NCBI GenBank assembly: GCA_012842685.1
Contig: DUSI01000060.1
Coordinates: forward strand, 5,024-69,023
DNA length: 64,000 nucleotides
Reading direction: 5' to 3'
From: Candidatus Fermentithermobacillaceae bacterium
GTDB taxonomy: Bacteria > Bacillota > Sulfobacillia > Fermentithermobacillales > Fermentithermobacillaceae
The position numbers were made by a program, and so were the translations under genes. The notes beneath the pieces were generated by a model that worked only from the letters and a program-made list of their open reading frames with translations, did no database searches and had not been told where the DNA came from. This document shows, piece after piece, positions 44,223 to 54,592 of this stretch (position 1 is its first letter; each line of letters opens with the position of its first letter).

Positions 44223-44262
44223 GGAGCTGCGGCCCGGCAGCTAAGACCCGCGAGAAAACACG

Positions 44263-44295
44263 AGGGGCAGCTTGCGCTGCCCCTCCATGTTTCCG
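44263..44295. terminator. Bidirectional Rho-independent terminator between convergent genes
   Basis: GAGGGGCAGC-ttgc-GCTGCCCCTC perfect stem, T-rich flanks on both strands. Confidence 0.75.
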
Positions 44296-44317
44296 AAGGT
44301 TTCGGGCGTGCACCCGG

Positions 44318-46873
44318 TCACCGGGTGTAATACCGTCTGACCAAAGAGGTGAGCCGGTAGTACACCACCCCTTCGGTAAGGGGATACACTCCTCCGTATG
44401 ACGTGTCAAAATATACCGCCCTCAGCCTGTGGTCCAGGGTGGCCATCCCTGCAGATCTCGCCGAGTACTTCAGCGAGCCGGTGAAGTCCGCCGTGTTCCA
44501 CCAGATGACCGTAACGGTGTAGCCGGCCGGGAGGACCAGGGAAGTCTCGCCGCCCAAGTCATCCGGCGAGCACCCGAGCAAGGTGTCCAAGCCGTGGAGC
44601 GTGAAACCCTGCGCGGTTATCCGTGGCCCCACTGACTCTGATATCTGTAGCGACACTGCGTCTGCGCTCCTTGCGAGCTCGAAGTGGGCGAGTATTTCTC
44701 CAGGCCGTAACCCTTCCTGGGCTTCCGGCTCTTCACTTGAGAATACGCCCCGGGTGATGTCGGCCCAGTCGAAGATATCTCCACCCTCCACGGGCAAGCT
44801 TCTTATGCCCGAGAGGTTCCTGTAGCTCTTGGATTCGCCTGTGACCTCGTCTACCAGAGCTAGCTCGCGGACCGGTATTGGGGCGCTCAGGACAAACGAA
44901 GGCTCAACGTCGTAGGTCTCCTCCACCACTGCCCACGCGCGAGGACCGGCATCCTGTTGGGCGGAGAGGAGGAAGCCGGCGGCCGGGGTGAGGGCCAGTG
45001 AAAGTACCTCGAAGAGCGAGATCAAGCGGAAGAACCTCTGGGGGACCGGGCGCGGCGCCCTGAAAGTCGAGAGAACCGACGCTGCCGTGGCTCCCAGGCA
45101 GAGGGCCGAGACCATGGAACCCCGGTTAAGTCCCGTCCAGGAGGCCCGGTAGGCTGCCTGGGCGATCGGGTCTAGGGGGCTCCCAGCCCAGAACACAGCC
45201 AGGAGAGGCACCAGGTAGAGGACCCTGGCCAGCCACAAAACGACCGCATGCGGGGGCATATCTTCCGGTGACGCTTTCAAGAGTAGCGTGGCGATCCCGT
45301 GGGATATCCCCGCTGCCACGAGAGGCGGGAGCATCTCCGGATCCTTGTAGGCGGTCCCCGCGATGAGGGCGGAGAGGACCGCCAGGCTCCACGGAGAACC
45401 CCACGACTTCTTTTCTCCGGCGCCCTGCTCACTCATACCGGAACGCTGGCGCAGGTGGTGGATCCTGGACCTTACGTTCCAGAGCCTGAGGAAAGCGCAC
45501 AGCACGAGGAGGGCGAAAACCACGAAGAAGAGGAGCAGAGAACGGCCGGGGAATACGTCTGACGCATATCTCTGAGCAGCCCTCGTCGTGAAAAGGACGT
45601 GCAGGAGCATGGATGCCGCCGCGGCGGCGCAAGTGCCAAGCGTGAGGAGGATGCCCGATGCCTCTTTCGGCAGCCGCGCGAACGCTATCACCGCTAGGAG
45701 CGCCGCCGCAGTAAAGCCCCACATGAAGACCTTTTCCGGGGGCAGGAAGAAAACCCTACCCCAGAATAAGAGGCGGCGCGTTTCGCCAAGCTTGGGACCC
45801 CCGGTCCCAGGGGCTTTGCCGAGAGCCGTGGCCACCGCGTCTGCCGCCCTCTCCACCTTGATACCGAGGTCATCCCTGAGGAGGTCCTGATTCAGCTTGT
45901 GCCCCAGGTCGCCGTACAGGAGACCTACTGTCACCAAGGGCCTCTCTAGGTCGCCGAGCAAGAAGCCCTCAACCTGCAGGCCGCGACCCAAGGGGGAAGA
46001 TGGGGACACAGTGCCGCTCAGCGGTGTCTGGGTATTCCGGAGATTTTCCGGGAAATGCGCACCGAGCCCCATCGATCTCGCCTCTTCAAACAGGGTTTCC
46101 AGGAACGATACGGGCGCAGCAGGGCTGCCGCCCACGTCGAGGCCGCTTGAGGTCAGGATATCTCCCAGGATTAAGAAGGTTCCGACAGTTATGCCTTCCT
46201 CTTCGAGGAACTCACAGAGCGCGAGGATACCCGCCATGCCCTGGTAGTGGCCTGAGACGAAGGCCACTCCTGCCTCCAGGCTCTCCCGGTCGAGCTTCTG
46301 GGAAACCCTGAGCGCCAGGGCCGTCGAAACGAGTGTGGGCGAGGAGGCGAGTATGTCTTCAGGGTTATCTGAAAACAGGTTGTCGTACGGCGCGACTATC
46401 AAGTAGTCAAGGTTTTTCGCCCCGTCGGATTCAAGGGCAAGAAGGTTTTCACCAGTAACCCGCAGGTAAACAACGCTCTTTTCCTGCTCGGACACCGTCT
46501 TTACCACATTTGTATAAGGGAGGATCTTGGTGTGCCATCCATTGAGTTGGAGTGTGCCCGCGAGATGCGAGAGGAATAATCTCGCCTCGTAGGACCCCGT
46601 CTTCCGCAATGGGTGGCGGCTTGATATTTCAGATAGAAGGTCTGGGATCTCCATCCCCGAAGCGGCGTCCGCTGCCGCGGCCGTCAGGTCCTCTAAGGCT
46701 TGCCCTGCGCCGGGGGCTATCGCGCCCGATAGACCTACCGCGCCGGGGGTTTCGGAAGCGTGGGCTTTCGGAGCGTGAGAAGTAGCTACGAAGGGCCAAA
46801 GGCTCAAGAAGGTAAAGGTTGCTGCTACCAGTAAGGCGGCGATGCGCGATGGCTTCAACATGAAAAAGACCAC
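44318..46873 (-). CDS. Large hypothetical membrane protein (signal peptide, N-terminal extracytoplasmic domain, ~8 TM core, C-terminal extracytoplasmic domain)
   Basis: Signal peptide (MVFFMLKPSRIAALLVAATFTFLSLWPFVATSHA), then a hydrophilic domain; multiple hydrophobic helices at aa ~380-620; hydrophilic C-terminus; no confident family assignment. Confidence 0.5.
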   Translation of the reverse strand: MVFFMLKPSRIAALLVAATFTFLSLWPFVATSHAPKAHASETPGAVGLSGAIAPGAGQALEDLTAAAADAASGMEIPDLLSEISSRHPLRKTGSYEARLFLSHLAGTLQLNGWHTKILPYTNVVKTVSEQEKSVVYLRVTGENLLALESDGAKNLDYLIVAPYDNLFSDNPEDILASSPTLVSTALALRVSQKLDRESLEAGVAFVSGHYQGMAGILALCEFLEEEGITVGTFLILGDILTSSGLDVGGSPAAPVSFLETLFEEARSMGLGAHFPENLRNTQTPLSGTVSPSSPLGRGLQVEGFLLGDLERPLVTVGLLYGDLGHKLNQDLLRDDLGIKVERAADAVATALGKAPGTGGPKLGETRRLLFWGRVFFLPPEKVFMWGFTAAALLAVIAFARLPKEASGILLTLGTCAAAAASMLLHVLFTTRAAQRYASDVFPGRSLLLFFVVFALLVLCAFLRLWNVRSRIHHLRQRSGMSEQGAGEKKSWGSPWSLAVLSALIAGTAYKDPEMLPPLVAAGISHGIATLLLKASPEDMPPHAVVLWLARVLYLVPLLAVFWAGSPLDPIAQAAYRASWTGLNRGSMVSALCLGATAASVLSTFRAPRPVPQRFFRLISLFEVLSLALTPAAGFLLSAQQDAGPRAWAVVEETYDVEPSFVLSAPIPVRELALVDEVTGESKSYRNLSGIRSLPVEGGDIFDWADITRGVFSSEEPEAQEGLRPGEILAHFELARSADAVSLQISESVGPRITAQGFTLHGLDTLLGCSPDDLGGETSLVLPAGYTVTVIWWNTADFTGSLKYSARSAGMATLDHRLRAVYFDTSYGGVYPLTEGVVYYRLTSLVRRYYTR

Positions 46874-46928
46874 TCCAGTTGAACGGCTGTGCCTTTCTCA
46901 TTTCTATGGGGGCGGCGTTTATCCTGTC

Positions 46929-47204
46929 CTATTTGCGCCGGTTTCCCTTGTTTCCGTTCCCGGCGGCCCGCCTCATGAGGACGTACATGCGATGGAGGCC
47001 TGAGAGGAGCCCCAGTAGAAGACCCACCGGCGCGAAAAGAGCGCTGCCGCGGTTTCTGTCCAGGTAACTACCGATCAAATACCCGGCCAGGGTGGAGCCT
47101 ATGAGCGAAAACCCCGCCCCAAAGGCAAAGCCCGCGGCAATTCCCAGTCCCCTATGGCGCCTTTCGGGCTTAGGCCTCTCTCTGCCGGGGCTATCCTCCA
47201 ACAA
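46929..47204 (-). CDS. AtpZ/AtpI-like small membrane protein (putative F0F1-ATPase-associated 'gene 1' family), orphan
   Basis: GLGIAAGFAFGAGFSLIGSTLAGYLIGSYLDRNRGSALFAPVGLLLGLLSGL matches the ATPase_gene1 family pattern; no atp genes are adjacent. Confidence 0.45.
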   Translation of the reverse strand: MLEDSPGRERPKPERRHRGLGIAAGFAFGAGFSLIGSTLAGYLIGSYLDRNRGSALFAPVGLLLGLLSGLHRMYVLMRRAAGNGNKGNRRK

Positions 47205-47324
47205 AAGCCCTCCTCACGCCGGGATTATGCCTTTTGTACAGAACCATTATAGACCTTGCCCGGAAGAAGCGGTACGATGTAGGCGTGGGTTTCCCAAACA
47301 CAGGCATGGGAGGGTTTCATCACG

Positions 47325-48515
47325 ATGAAGCTTTCGTCTCGGGCCAAGTCCATAGGCGCCTCGCCCACGCTGGCGCTCGACGCCAAGACCAAGGAGCTTA
47401 TCAGGCAGGGCGTGGACGTCCTGAGTTTCGGAGTAGGCGAACCTGACTTCGACACTCCAGATCACATCAAAGAAGCGGCGATAGAGGCCATAAAGGGCGG
47501 GTTTACCAAGTACACCGCGTCTTCCGGGATACCCGAGCTCCGAGAAGCGATATGCGAGAAACTAAAGAAAGATAACGGCCTGGAGTACAAGCCGAATGAG
47601 GTACTCGTTTCGGTTGGAGCCAAACATTCCATATACAACGCGGTCATGGCCCTCTGCGATGACGGCGACGAGGTCGTAATCCCCGAACCCTACTGGGTGA
47701 GCTACCCCGAGATGGTCCGCATGGCGGGCGGCAAGCCTGTCACCGTACCTACGGGGATCGAGCAGGGGTTCAAGATGACCGCTGAGCAGCTCGAAGCCTC
47801 GATCACCGACAAGACCTCTGTCCTCATCCTGAACTCACCGTCCAATCCCACGGGCGCCGTCTACACCGAAGAGGAACTCAGGAAAATCGCGGAGGTCTGC
47901 GTAAAGCACAATATCGCGGTTATCTCCGATGAGATATACGAGAAACTCATCTACGACGGCAAACACGTATCTTTCGCGTCCTTGGGACCTGAAGTCAAAG
48001 CCATCACGGTTACGGTGAACGGCGTCTCCAAGTCATACGCCATGACCGGATGGCGTATCGGTTACGCGGCGGGACCCAAGGAAGTCATCGCGGCCATGGG
48101 CAACATCCAGAGCCACGCGACGTCGAACCCCACTTCCATCGCCCAGAAGGCGGCCGTCGCGGGTCTCAGAGGTCCCCAGGAGCCTCTCGAGGCCATGCGC
48201 AAGGAGTTCGAGAAGCGCAGGAACTACATGGTGAAGCGCCTCAACGAGATACCGGGCTTCAGGTGCCTCGTCCCCCCCGGCGCTTTCTACTGCTATCCCG
48301 ACGTATCCGCCGTCTTCGGGCGAAAGGTGAAGGGTAAGCTGGTTACGGACGATTCGGTCCTGGCCGACATCCTCTTGGAAGAGGCCCGCGTGGCCGCGGT
48401 GCCCGGAGTCGCCTTCGGTACCAAGGGGTACCTCAGGTTCTCTTACGCGACCTCGATGGAAGTCATCGAGGAAGGCATGAACAGGATAGCCGAAGTGATG
48501 AAGACACTGGAGTAG
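47325..48515 (+). CDS. Aspartate aminotransferase (class I PLP-dependent aminotransferase)
   Basis: Typical AspAT blocks (LSFGVGEPDFDTP, VSVGAKHSIYN, NSPSNPTGAVY, SKSYAMTGWRIGY with the PLP lysine). Confidence 0.9.
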   Translation: MKLSSRAKSIGASPTLALDAKTKELIRQGVDVLSFGVGEPDFDTPDHIKEAAIEAIKGGFTKYTASSGIPELREAICEKLKKDNGLEYKPNEVLVSVGAKHSIYNAVMALCDDGDEVVIPEPYWVSYPEMVRMAGGKPVTVPTGIEQGFKMTAEQLEASITDKTSVLILNSPSNPTGAVYTEEELRKIAEVCVKHNIAVISDEIYEKLIYDGKHVSFASLGPEVKAITVTVNGVSKSYAMTGWRIGYAAGPKEVIAAMGNIQSHATSNPTSIAQKAAVAGLRGPQEPLEAMRKEFEKRRNYMVKRLNEIPGFRCLVPPGAFYCYPDVSAVFGRKVKGKLVTDDSVLADILLEEARVAAVPGVAFGTKGYLRFSYATSMEVIEEGMNRIAEVMKTLE

Positions 48516-48522
48516 GATCCGT

Positions 48523-50043
48523 GTGACAGCCAGGGAGAGGTTCAGGCCCGGCTTTTTCAAAGGCCTAGAAGTGGCAATAGTGGGCATGGGCAAGTCGAAC
48601 CAGGCCCTGACCAGGTATTTGCTCAGAGAAGGGGCAGAGGTAACCTGCTTCGACCAGAAGGAGCCGTCTGATCTGGGGCCGGCCTACGGAGAGTTCTCGG
48701 CCCTCGGAGTAAGGTGGAGCCTTGGGGGCGACTACCTCGCGCCCCTTCCCGGTTTCAAGTGGATATTCCTCACCCCCGGCATGAAAAAAAACCTCCCCGA
48801 GATCGCCCTCGCCCGGGAAAATGGCGCGGTCATATCGTCGGAGATCGGGCTTTTCCTGGACAGGGTTAAGTGCCCGGTTTTCGCGGTGACGGGAAGCTCG
48901 GGGAAGACCACAACCTGCACCCTCGCGGGGCTCATGCTCAGGGAAGGGCTCCCCGGAAGAGAGATCTACGTCGGAGGCAACATAGGGTCTGTCCTCATCG
49001 AACAGGTGGACTCGATCCCCGAGGACGCCGTCGTGGTGATGGAGCTCTCCAGTTTCCAGCTGGAGCTCCTGGATAAGAGTCCGTGCGTTTCCGCCGTGCT
49101 CAACATTAGGCCCAACCACCTGGACATCCACGAGACTTTCGAGGACTACGTGGAGGCCAAGAAGAACATCTTCCGGTTCCAGGATCCCGGGGGATGGTGT
49201 TTTCTGAACCTGGACGACGGGGTGGCGGCGGGCCTCGCCGAGAGCTGCCCGGGAGGGACAGGGTTTTTCACACTTGATGCCGCGAAGGCCGGGAGGCTCC
49301 TCACAGAAGCCGGGGACTTACCCCTTGCGTGGGCCTCTGGAGAAGGGCTCTATGTATCGCCCGGGAGACTCCTGGGCAAGGGGCTTTCGGGCGAGTGGCG
49401 CGGGCGGACTCCGGTTCAGGTCGCGAAGCGCGAGGATTTCCTCGTGCCTGGCAACCACAACGTCTCCAACGCCCTGGCGGCCGCGCTTCTCGCTGCGGCT
49501 GCCGGCGCATCGCCCCGCGGCATACGGAAGGCGATCCAAGGGTTCAAAGGAGTCGAACACCGGATTGAGTTCGTCCGCGAACTAGGCGGCGTCAGCTATT
49601 ACAACGATTCAATCGCCACTTCGCCCGACCGGACCGAGGCACTCCTCGACGCCATAGGAGGTCCTTTGGTGATCATCCTTGGCGGGTACGACAAGGGGCT
49701 CCCCTTTGATTCCCTCGCCCGAAAGATAGCGGCCAGGGGATGCGGGGTCGTGACCATAGGAAAAGCGGCACCCGTGATAGAAGAAGCCCTTGCCAGGGCA
49801 GAAGGGGAGTCCCTGGAACGCGCAGGCGCGGGGAACACGGGCGAAGGCTCAGGCGCAAAGCCGAAGATGCAGGTAGTGAGAGCTTCTTCCCTGGACGAAG
49901 CGGTGACCCTGGCCACGGATATGGCGAGGAGGATTCCCGGCAGTTCGGTTGTCCTTTCCCCCGCGTGCGCAAGCTACGACATGTTCAGGAACTTTGAGGA
50001 GCGGGGGCGGGCGTTCAAAGAAGCGGTGCGGCGTCTCGGATAG
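48523..50043 (+). CDS. murD: UDP-N-acetylmuramoyl-L-alanine--D-glutamate ligase
   Basis: GMGKSNQALTRYL N-terminal Rossmann motif, VTGSSGKTTT P-loop, GNHNVSNALAA, YNDSIATS (MurD NDSKATN motif). Located outside a dcw cluster. Confidence 0.85.
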   Translation: MTARERFRPGFFKGLEVAIVGMGKSNQALTRYLLREGAEVTCFDQKEPSDLGPAYGEFSALGVRWSLGGDYLAPLPGFKWIFLTPGMKKNLPEIALARENGAVISSEIGLFLDRVKCPVFAVTGSSGKTTTCTLAGLMLREGLPGREIYVGGNIGSVLIEQVDSIPEDAVVVMELSSFQLELLDKSPCVSAVLNIRPNHLDIHETFEDYVEAKKNIFRFQDPGGWCFLNLDDGVAAGLAESCPGGTGFFTLDAAKAGRLLTEAGDLPLAWASGEGLYVSPGRLLGKGLSGEWRGRTPVQVAKREDFLVPGNHNVSNALAAALLAAAAGASPRGIRKAIQGFKGVEHRIEFVRELGGVSYYNDSIATSPDRTEALLDAIGGPLVIILGGYDKGLPFDSLARKIAARGCGVVTIGKAAPVIEEALARAEGESLERAGAGNTGEGSGAKPKMQVVRASSLDEAVTLATDMARRIPGSSVVLSPACASYDMFRNFEERGRAFKEAVRRLG

Positions 50044-50088
50044 ATAAGGATGATGTACCCGGCCGCAGGTCGCGGGTAGGATAGGCGG

Positions 50089-50880
50089 GTGTTTATGGGA
50101 GAAGACAAAGGGAAAGCGCCGAGAAGCGATGGGAGGGCGGCTGCCTGTAAGAAAAGCGGGGAAAGCAAGGCCGCCTCGGACAAGCCTCAGCACAGTCATG
50201 CGCGAGAGAAGATCCTGGAGATTCACCGGGTCCTGAAAGAGATGTACCCGGCTCCGGTTTCAGGCCTCCTCGAACCCAAGAGAGAAAACCCTATCGATGT
50301 GCTGGTTGCCGTCATATTATCCCAGGCCACCAACGATACCCTGAGCGACCGAGCGTTTGAGTCCCTCAAGAGGGCGTTTCCCACCTGGGAGAGCGTGGCC
50401 TCAGCCGATCCTGCCCTCGTCGAAGGGGCGCTTGCGGCGGGAGGGCTCCAGAAGGAGAAGACCAAGAAGATACAGGCGGCTCTCAACAAGATACAGGAAG
50501 ACTTCGGTGAGATAAGCCTCGACCGCCTGGCTGGAAAGAGCCCTCGCGAGTGCTTCGATTACCTCGTCTCGCTGCCCGGGGTAGGACCCAAGACGGCCGC
50601 CTGCGTCATGGCGTTCGGGCTGAATATGCCGGCCTTCCCCGTTGACACCCACGTGTACAGGCTCTCGAAGAGACTAGGTCTTGTGCCGCGGGAGTGGAAC
50701 CCGGTCAAGACCCAAGATTACCTGGAAGATGTAACCCCAGATGAACTCAAAGTGCCTCTGCACCTTCTGCTCATACGTCACGGCAGGGAAGTATGTACGT
50801 CCAGAAAACCAAAATGCTCTGTCTGTGCCCTTAGAGACTTGTGCGGAGGAGAAGAGTCCTCCGGGACGAATCTTTCATAA
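50089..50880 (+). CDS. nth: Endonuclease III family DNA glycosylase (HhH-GPD with [4Fe-4S] loop)
   Basis: HhH motif LVSLPGVGPKTAACVMAFG; catalytic D in VDTHVYRL; C-terminal CX6CX2CX5C (CTSRKPKCSVCALRDLC). The N-terminal ~45 aa may be an over-extension. Confidence 0.8.
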   Translation: MFMGEDKGKAPRSDGRAAACKKSGESKAASDKPQHSHAREKILEIHRVLKEMYPAPVSGLLEPKRENPIDVLVAVILSQATNDTLSDRAFESLKRAFPTWESVASADPALVEGALAAGGLQKEKTKKIQAALNKIQEDFGEISLDRLAGKSPRECFDYLVSLPGVGPKTAACVMAFGLNMPAFPVDTHVYRLSKRLGLVPREWNPVKTQDYLEDVTPDELKVPLHLLLIRHGREVCTSRKPKCSVCALRDLCGGEESSGTNLS

Positions 50881-50899
50881 CGGGGCCTGGCGAGCCCGG

Positions 50900-51139
50900 C
50901 TACGGATTGGGTTTCGTGGACTTGCTGGCGGAACTCTGGTCTCTCAGTGCTTTTGCCTGGTGGATGTCGTACTCGGGCTCGTCCTTAAGCTCGGTCCCGC
51001 AGTGTGGACAAGGCCATGTCTCGTAGTGAGTGGCAGCGCTGTAGGATATTTCCTTGCAGCATGGACAAAATTTCCAGGGCACAAATTTCACCTTCCTGAT
51101 GCATTGTCCGCCAGCTATTGTATAACAGATGGGCCGCAA
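50900..51139 (-). CDS. Small Cys-rich (zinc-ribbon-like) hypothetical protein
   Basis: 79-aa ORF with CPCC and CPHC motifs, antisense in the nth-dnaE gap; could be spurious. Confidence 0.3.
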   Translation of the reverse strand: MRPICYTIAGGQCIRKVKFVPWKFCPCCKEISYSAATHYETWPCPHCGTELKDEPEYDIHQAKALRDQSSASKSTKPNP

Positions 51140-51165
51140 TTCCCATACGTTGGGGGCAATAGGGG

Positions 51166-54100
51166 ATGGATTTCACACACTTACACGTCCATACAGAATA
51201 TAGCCTATTGGATGGCGCTTGCAGGATAAGTGAAGCTCCCAGGCTCGCGAAGAGCATGGGGATGGACGCGCTGGCCATGACGGACCACGGCGCGATGTAT
51301 GGAGCGGTAGCGTTCTATGAGTCTTGCAAGGCGGCCGGCGTGAAACCGGTCTTCGGCTGCGAGGTGTACGTGGCTCGGAGATCCCGCCACGACAAGACGG
51401 CGGGCCTGAGCGATAAGCCCTACCACCTTGTCCTCCTCGCGGAAAACCAGACCGGATACCTGAACCTGATGCGCCTCGTCTCCACCGGTTTTCTCGAGGG
51501 GTTCTACTATAGGCCGCGGGTGGACCTTGAGACCCTCGCCCGTTACTCGGAGGGCCTCATAGCCCTTACCGCCTGTCTGGAAGGAGAGCTGTCGGTAAAG
51601 ATCATGGAAGGGAACATCCAGGCGGCCGGCGAAGCCCTGGGGCGATACCTGGATATCTTCGGTAGGAACAACCTGTTCATAGAGCTCCAGAGGAACGGCG
51701 TGCCCGGGCAGGACGATGTGAACGCCGCTCTCATAGAGCTTTCCAAGAGGTTTGGCGTCCCTCTGGTCGCGACCAACGACTGCCACTACCTCACCAGGGA
51801 AGACGCCGGCCCCCACGAAGTCCTCTTGGCCATACAGACGGGCACAAACCTCAATGACCCAAAGAGGCTTTCCTTTACCGGAGACCAGTTCTACCTGAAA
51901 TCTCCGCTCGAGATGGCGGCGCTTTTCCATGATCTCCCAGAGGCGGTGGCAAACACGGGCGCCATCGCGCGCCGCTGCAATGTCGAGCTGGACATCGGAA
52001 AAGTCCACCTTCCCGAGTATCCGCTAAAGCCTGGAGAAACCGCGAGCGAGGTCCTGAGGCAAAAGGCCTATGAGGGCTTCCGGCGCAGGTTTGGAGAGAG
52101 AAATGACACCGTACGCGTGGAAAGGCTTGAGCGGGAGCTCAGGATGATAGACAACATGGGCTATTCGTCCTACTTCCTCATCGTCGAAGACTTCGTTTCT
52201 TACGCCAAGAAACAGGGGATAGCCGTGGGTCCGGGGAGGGGGTCGGCGGCGGGGAGCCTGGTTGCCTACTGCCTCGGGATCACAAACACGGATCCCATCG
52301 AATACGACCTGGTGTTCGAGAGGTTCCTAAATCCCGAGCGCGTCACCATGCCGGATATAGACATAGACTTCCAGGATGACAGGCGCGACGAGGTTATCGA
52401 GTACGTCAGGCGCAAGTACGGCGAAGACAGGGTGGCCCAGATAATCACGTTCGGTACCATGGCCGCGCGGGCCGTGGTGAGGGACGTGGGACGGGCCCTT
52501 TCCATCCCTTACGCCGAGGTCGACCGGATCGCCAAGATGATCCCGGCCCAGCCGGGGATGACCCTAAAGAAGGCCATGGAGCTTTCGCCGGAGCTCAGCG
52601 CTGCTTCTCAGAACAGGGAAGTGCGCAGGCTACTGGATGTCGCTGCCAAACTTGAGGGGATGCCGCGGCACCCGTCCATCCACGCGGCGGGGATAGTCAT
52701 AGGTAAAGGCCCCCTTTGGGACTACGTGCCTCTCGCGAGGACCCAAGACGGAGTCGTGGTGACCCAGTTCCCGATGGAAGACCTCGAAACGCTGGGGCTG
52801 CTCAAGATGGACTTCCTCGCCCTCAGGACCCTCACGGTCATCCAGAGGGCGGTGAAGCTGGCCGAACACGACACCGGCGATCGGGTTGATATAGACGCCA
52901 TCCCGCTTGACGATGGGCCCACTTATGATCTCTTGAGCAGGGGAGAGTCCATGGGTGTGTTCCAGCTTGAATCAGGCTGGGTGAGGGACTTCCTAAAGGA
53001 ACTCAAACCGGGGCGACTCGAAGACATAATCGCGGCCATAGCCCTTTGCCGGCCGGGGCCGATGCAGCAGATACCGGAGTACTTAAGGGCCAGGAGGGGG
53101 ACCCCCCACTACCTCCACCCGCTCCTGGAGCCCGTCCTCAAGGAGACCTACGGGGTGCTCGTGTACCAGGAGCAGATCCTCAGGCTCGTGAACGTCGTGG
53201 CGGGGTTTACCCTCGGGGAAGCCGACATCTTGAGGCGGGCGGTCGGGAAGAAGAAGCTGGACCTCCTGCTCGAATCGGAAAAAAGGTTCATAGGCGGAGC
53301 GGTTGCAAACGGAGTCCCCGAGGATATCGCCCGAGAGATTTTTGACCTGATACTAAAATTCGCAAACTATGGGTTCAGCAAGAACCACGCGGCCCCTTAC
53401 GCGCTCATCGCCTATCAGACGGCGTACCTCAAGGCCAATTATCCCAAGCAGTTCATGGCGGCCCTCCTCTCGTCGGTGGCAGGCATCCACAACAAGGTTG
53501 GCATCTACCTGGAAGAAGCGCGGAGACTTGGCCTCGGAGTCCTGGGTCCAAGCGTCAACAGGAGCAGGGTCGAGTTCTCGGTGGAAGGAGAGGCCATAAG
53601 GTATGGCCTGGGGGGCATCAAGAACGTGGGAGAAGCCCTGGCCCACGCCATCGTAGAGGAGCGGCAGGCTAGAGGCGAATACGCGTCCCTCGAAGACCTG
53701 GTGGCGAGGCTAGACTCTAGGCTCCTGCACAAGAAGGCCCTCGAGAGCCTCATACGCTGTGGCGCCCTCGACGAGCTCGGGACCAGGTTTGAGAACCTAT
53801 CGAGGCTCCCCGAAGTCCTGGAATCAAGGCCTAAAGGGACCCAGGGCCAGCCTTCCTTGTTCGGTTTCGAGCCGCTCCCCGGCCCTGCGCCGTCCAAGCC
53901 AGGCGCGAAAAAGGCTCCGGCCGAAGAGAAAGTGTCCCTGGAAGTCCGGCTGAGCTGGGAGAGGGAGCTCCTGGGCATGTACCTGAGCGGCCATCCTCTG
54001 GCCAAATACGCGGATTTCCTCAAGAAGCACGCGACGCCCATAGCGGAACTCGAATCCAGCCACGACGGGAGCGATGTCTCCATCGGAGGACGCATATCCA

Positions 54101-54360
54101 CGATAAAGAGGGTCATCACCAAAGCAGGCGACGAGATGGCCTTCATAACGGTAGAAGACGACTTTGATTCCATCGAAGTGATCGTTTTCCCCAAACTCTT
54201 CGCGAGGGCGAAGGAGATAGTTACCAAGGATAGTGTGGTTTTGGTGCGGGGAAGGCTGGAGGAGCAAGAGGAAACGCGTCGAATACTGGCAAGGGACTTG
54301 GCGCCGGTTCAGAAGCTCATGGAATCCGGCGAGTCTAGGGGGAAACAATACAGCCGATAG
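51166..54360 (+). CDS. dnaE: DNA polymerase III alpha subunit (DnaE type)
   Basis: N-terminal PHP domain FTHLHVHTEYSLLDGA; polymerase core motifs (GPGRGSAAGSLVAYCLGIT, PDIDIDF); C-terminal OB-fold region. Confidence 0.95.
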   Translation: MDFTHLHVHTEYSLLDGACRISEAPRLAKSMGMDALAMTDHGAMYGAVAFYESCKAAGVKPVFGCEVYVARRSRHDKTAGLSDKPYHLVLLAENQTGYLNLMRLVSTGFLEGFYYRPRVDLETLARYSEGLIALTACLEGELSVKIMEGNIQAAGEALGRYLDIFGRNNLFIELQRNGVPGQDDVNAALIELSKRFGVPLVATNDCHYLTREDAGPHEVLLAIQTGTNLNDPKRLSFTGDQFYLKSPLEMAALFHDLPEAVANTGAIARRCNVELDIGKVHLPEYPLKPGETASEVLRQKAYEGFRRRFGERNDTVRVERLERELRMIDNMGYSSYFLIVEDFVSYAKKQGIAVGPGRGSAAGSLVAYCLGITNTDPIEYDLVFERFLNPERVTMPDIDIDFQDDRRDEVIEYVRRKYGEDRVAQIITFGTMAARAVVRDVGRALSIPYAEVDRIAKMIPAQPGMTLKKAMELSPELSAASQNREVRRLLDVAAKLEGMPRHPSIHAAGIVIGKGPLWDYVPLARTQDGVVVTQFPMEDLETLGLLKMDFLALRTLTVIQRAVKLAEHDTGDRVDIDAIPLDDGPTYDLLSRGESMGVFQLESGWVRDFLKELKPGRLEDIIAAIALCRPGPMQQIPEYLRARRGTPHYLHPLLEPVLKETYGVLVYQEQILRLVNVVAGFTLGEADILRRAVGKKKLDLLLESEKRFIGGAVANGVPEDIAREIFDLILKFANYGFSKNHAAPYALIAYQTAYLKANYPKQFMAALLSSVAGIHNKVGIYLEEARRLGLGVLGPSVNRSRVEFSVEGEAIRYGLGGIKNVGEALAHAIVEERQARGEYASLEDLVARLDSRLLHKKALESLIRCGALDELGTRFENLSRLPEVLESRPKGTQGQPSLFGFEPLPGPAPSKPGAKKAPAEEKVSLEVRLSWERELLGMYLSGHPLAKYADFLKKHATPIAELESSHDGSDVSIGGRISTIKRVITKAGDEMAFITVEDDFDSIEVIVFPKLFARAKEIVTKDSVVLVRGRLEEQEETRRILARDLAPVQKLMESGESRGKQYSR

Positions 54361-54378
54361 GGAGGAGGTAAGCTGCTA

Positions 54379-54588
54379 GTGTGGAAGGTCGTCTATGTCG
54401 CTTCCGGATGGAACGAGGCTGAACGCCTTAAGGAGCATCTTGCAGCCAACGGACTCCTCGTCATGCTACGTGCTTGCGGCTGCGACGGCGACAAGCTGGC
54501 GAAGAACGTGGAGCTCATGGTTCCTGAGAGCGAGGTGACTGAGGCCCATTCCATCCTCATGCAGCTTATGGGTACTGTGAGGGCCTGA
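54379..54588 (+). CDS. Small hypothetical protein (DUF2007-like?)
   Basis: 69-aa ORF between dnaE and pfkA; weak resemblance only. Confidence 0.35.
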   Translation: MWKVVYVASGWNEAERLKEHLAANGLLVMLRACGCDGDKLAKNVELMVPESEVTEAHSILMQLMGTVRA

Positions 54589-54592
54589 AGGC

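Noticed and set aside
50741-51229. 162-aa plus-strand ORF bridging nth and dnaE
   Set aside because: Out of frame with both flanking motif-confirmed genes and overlaps their ends.
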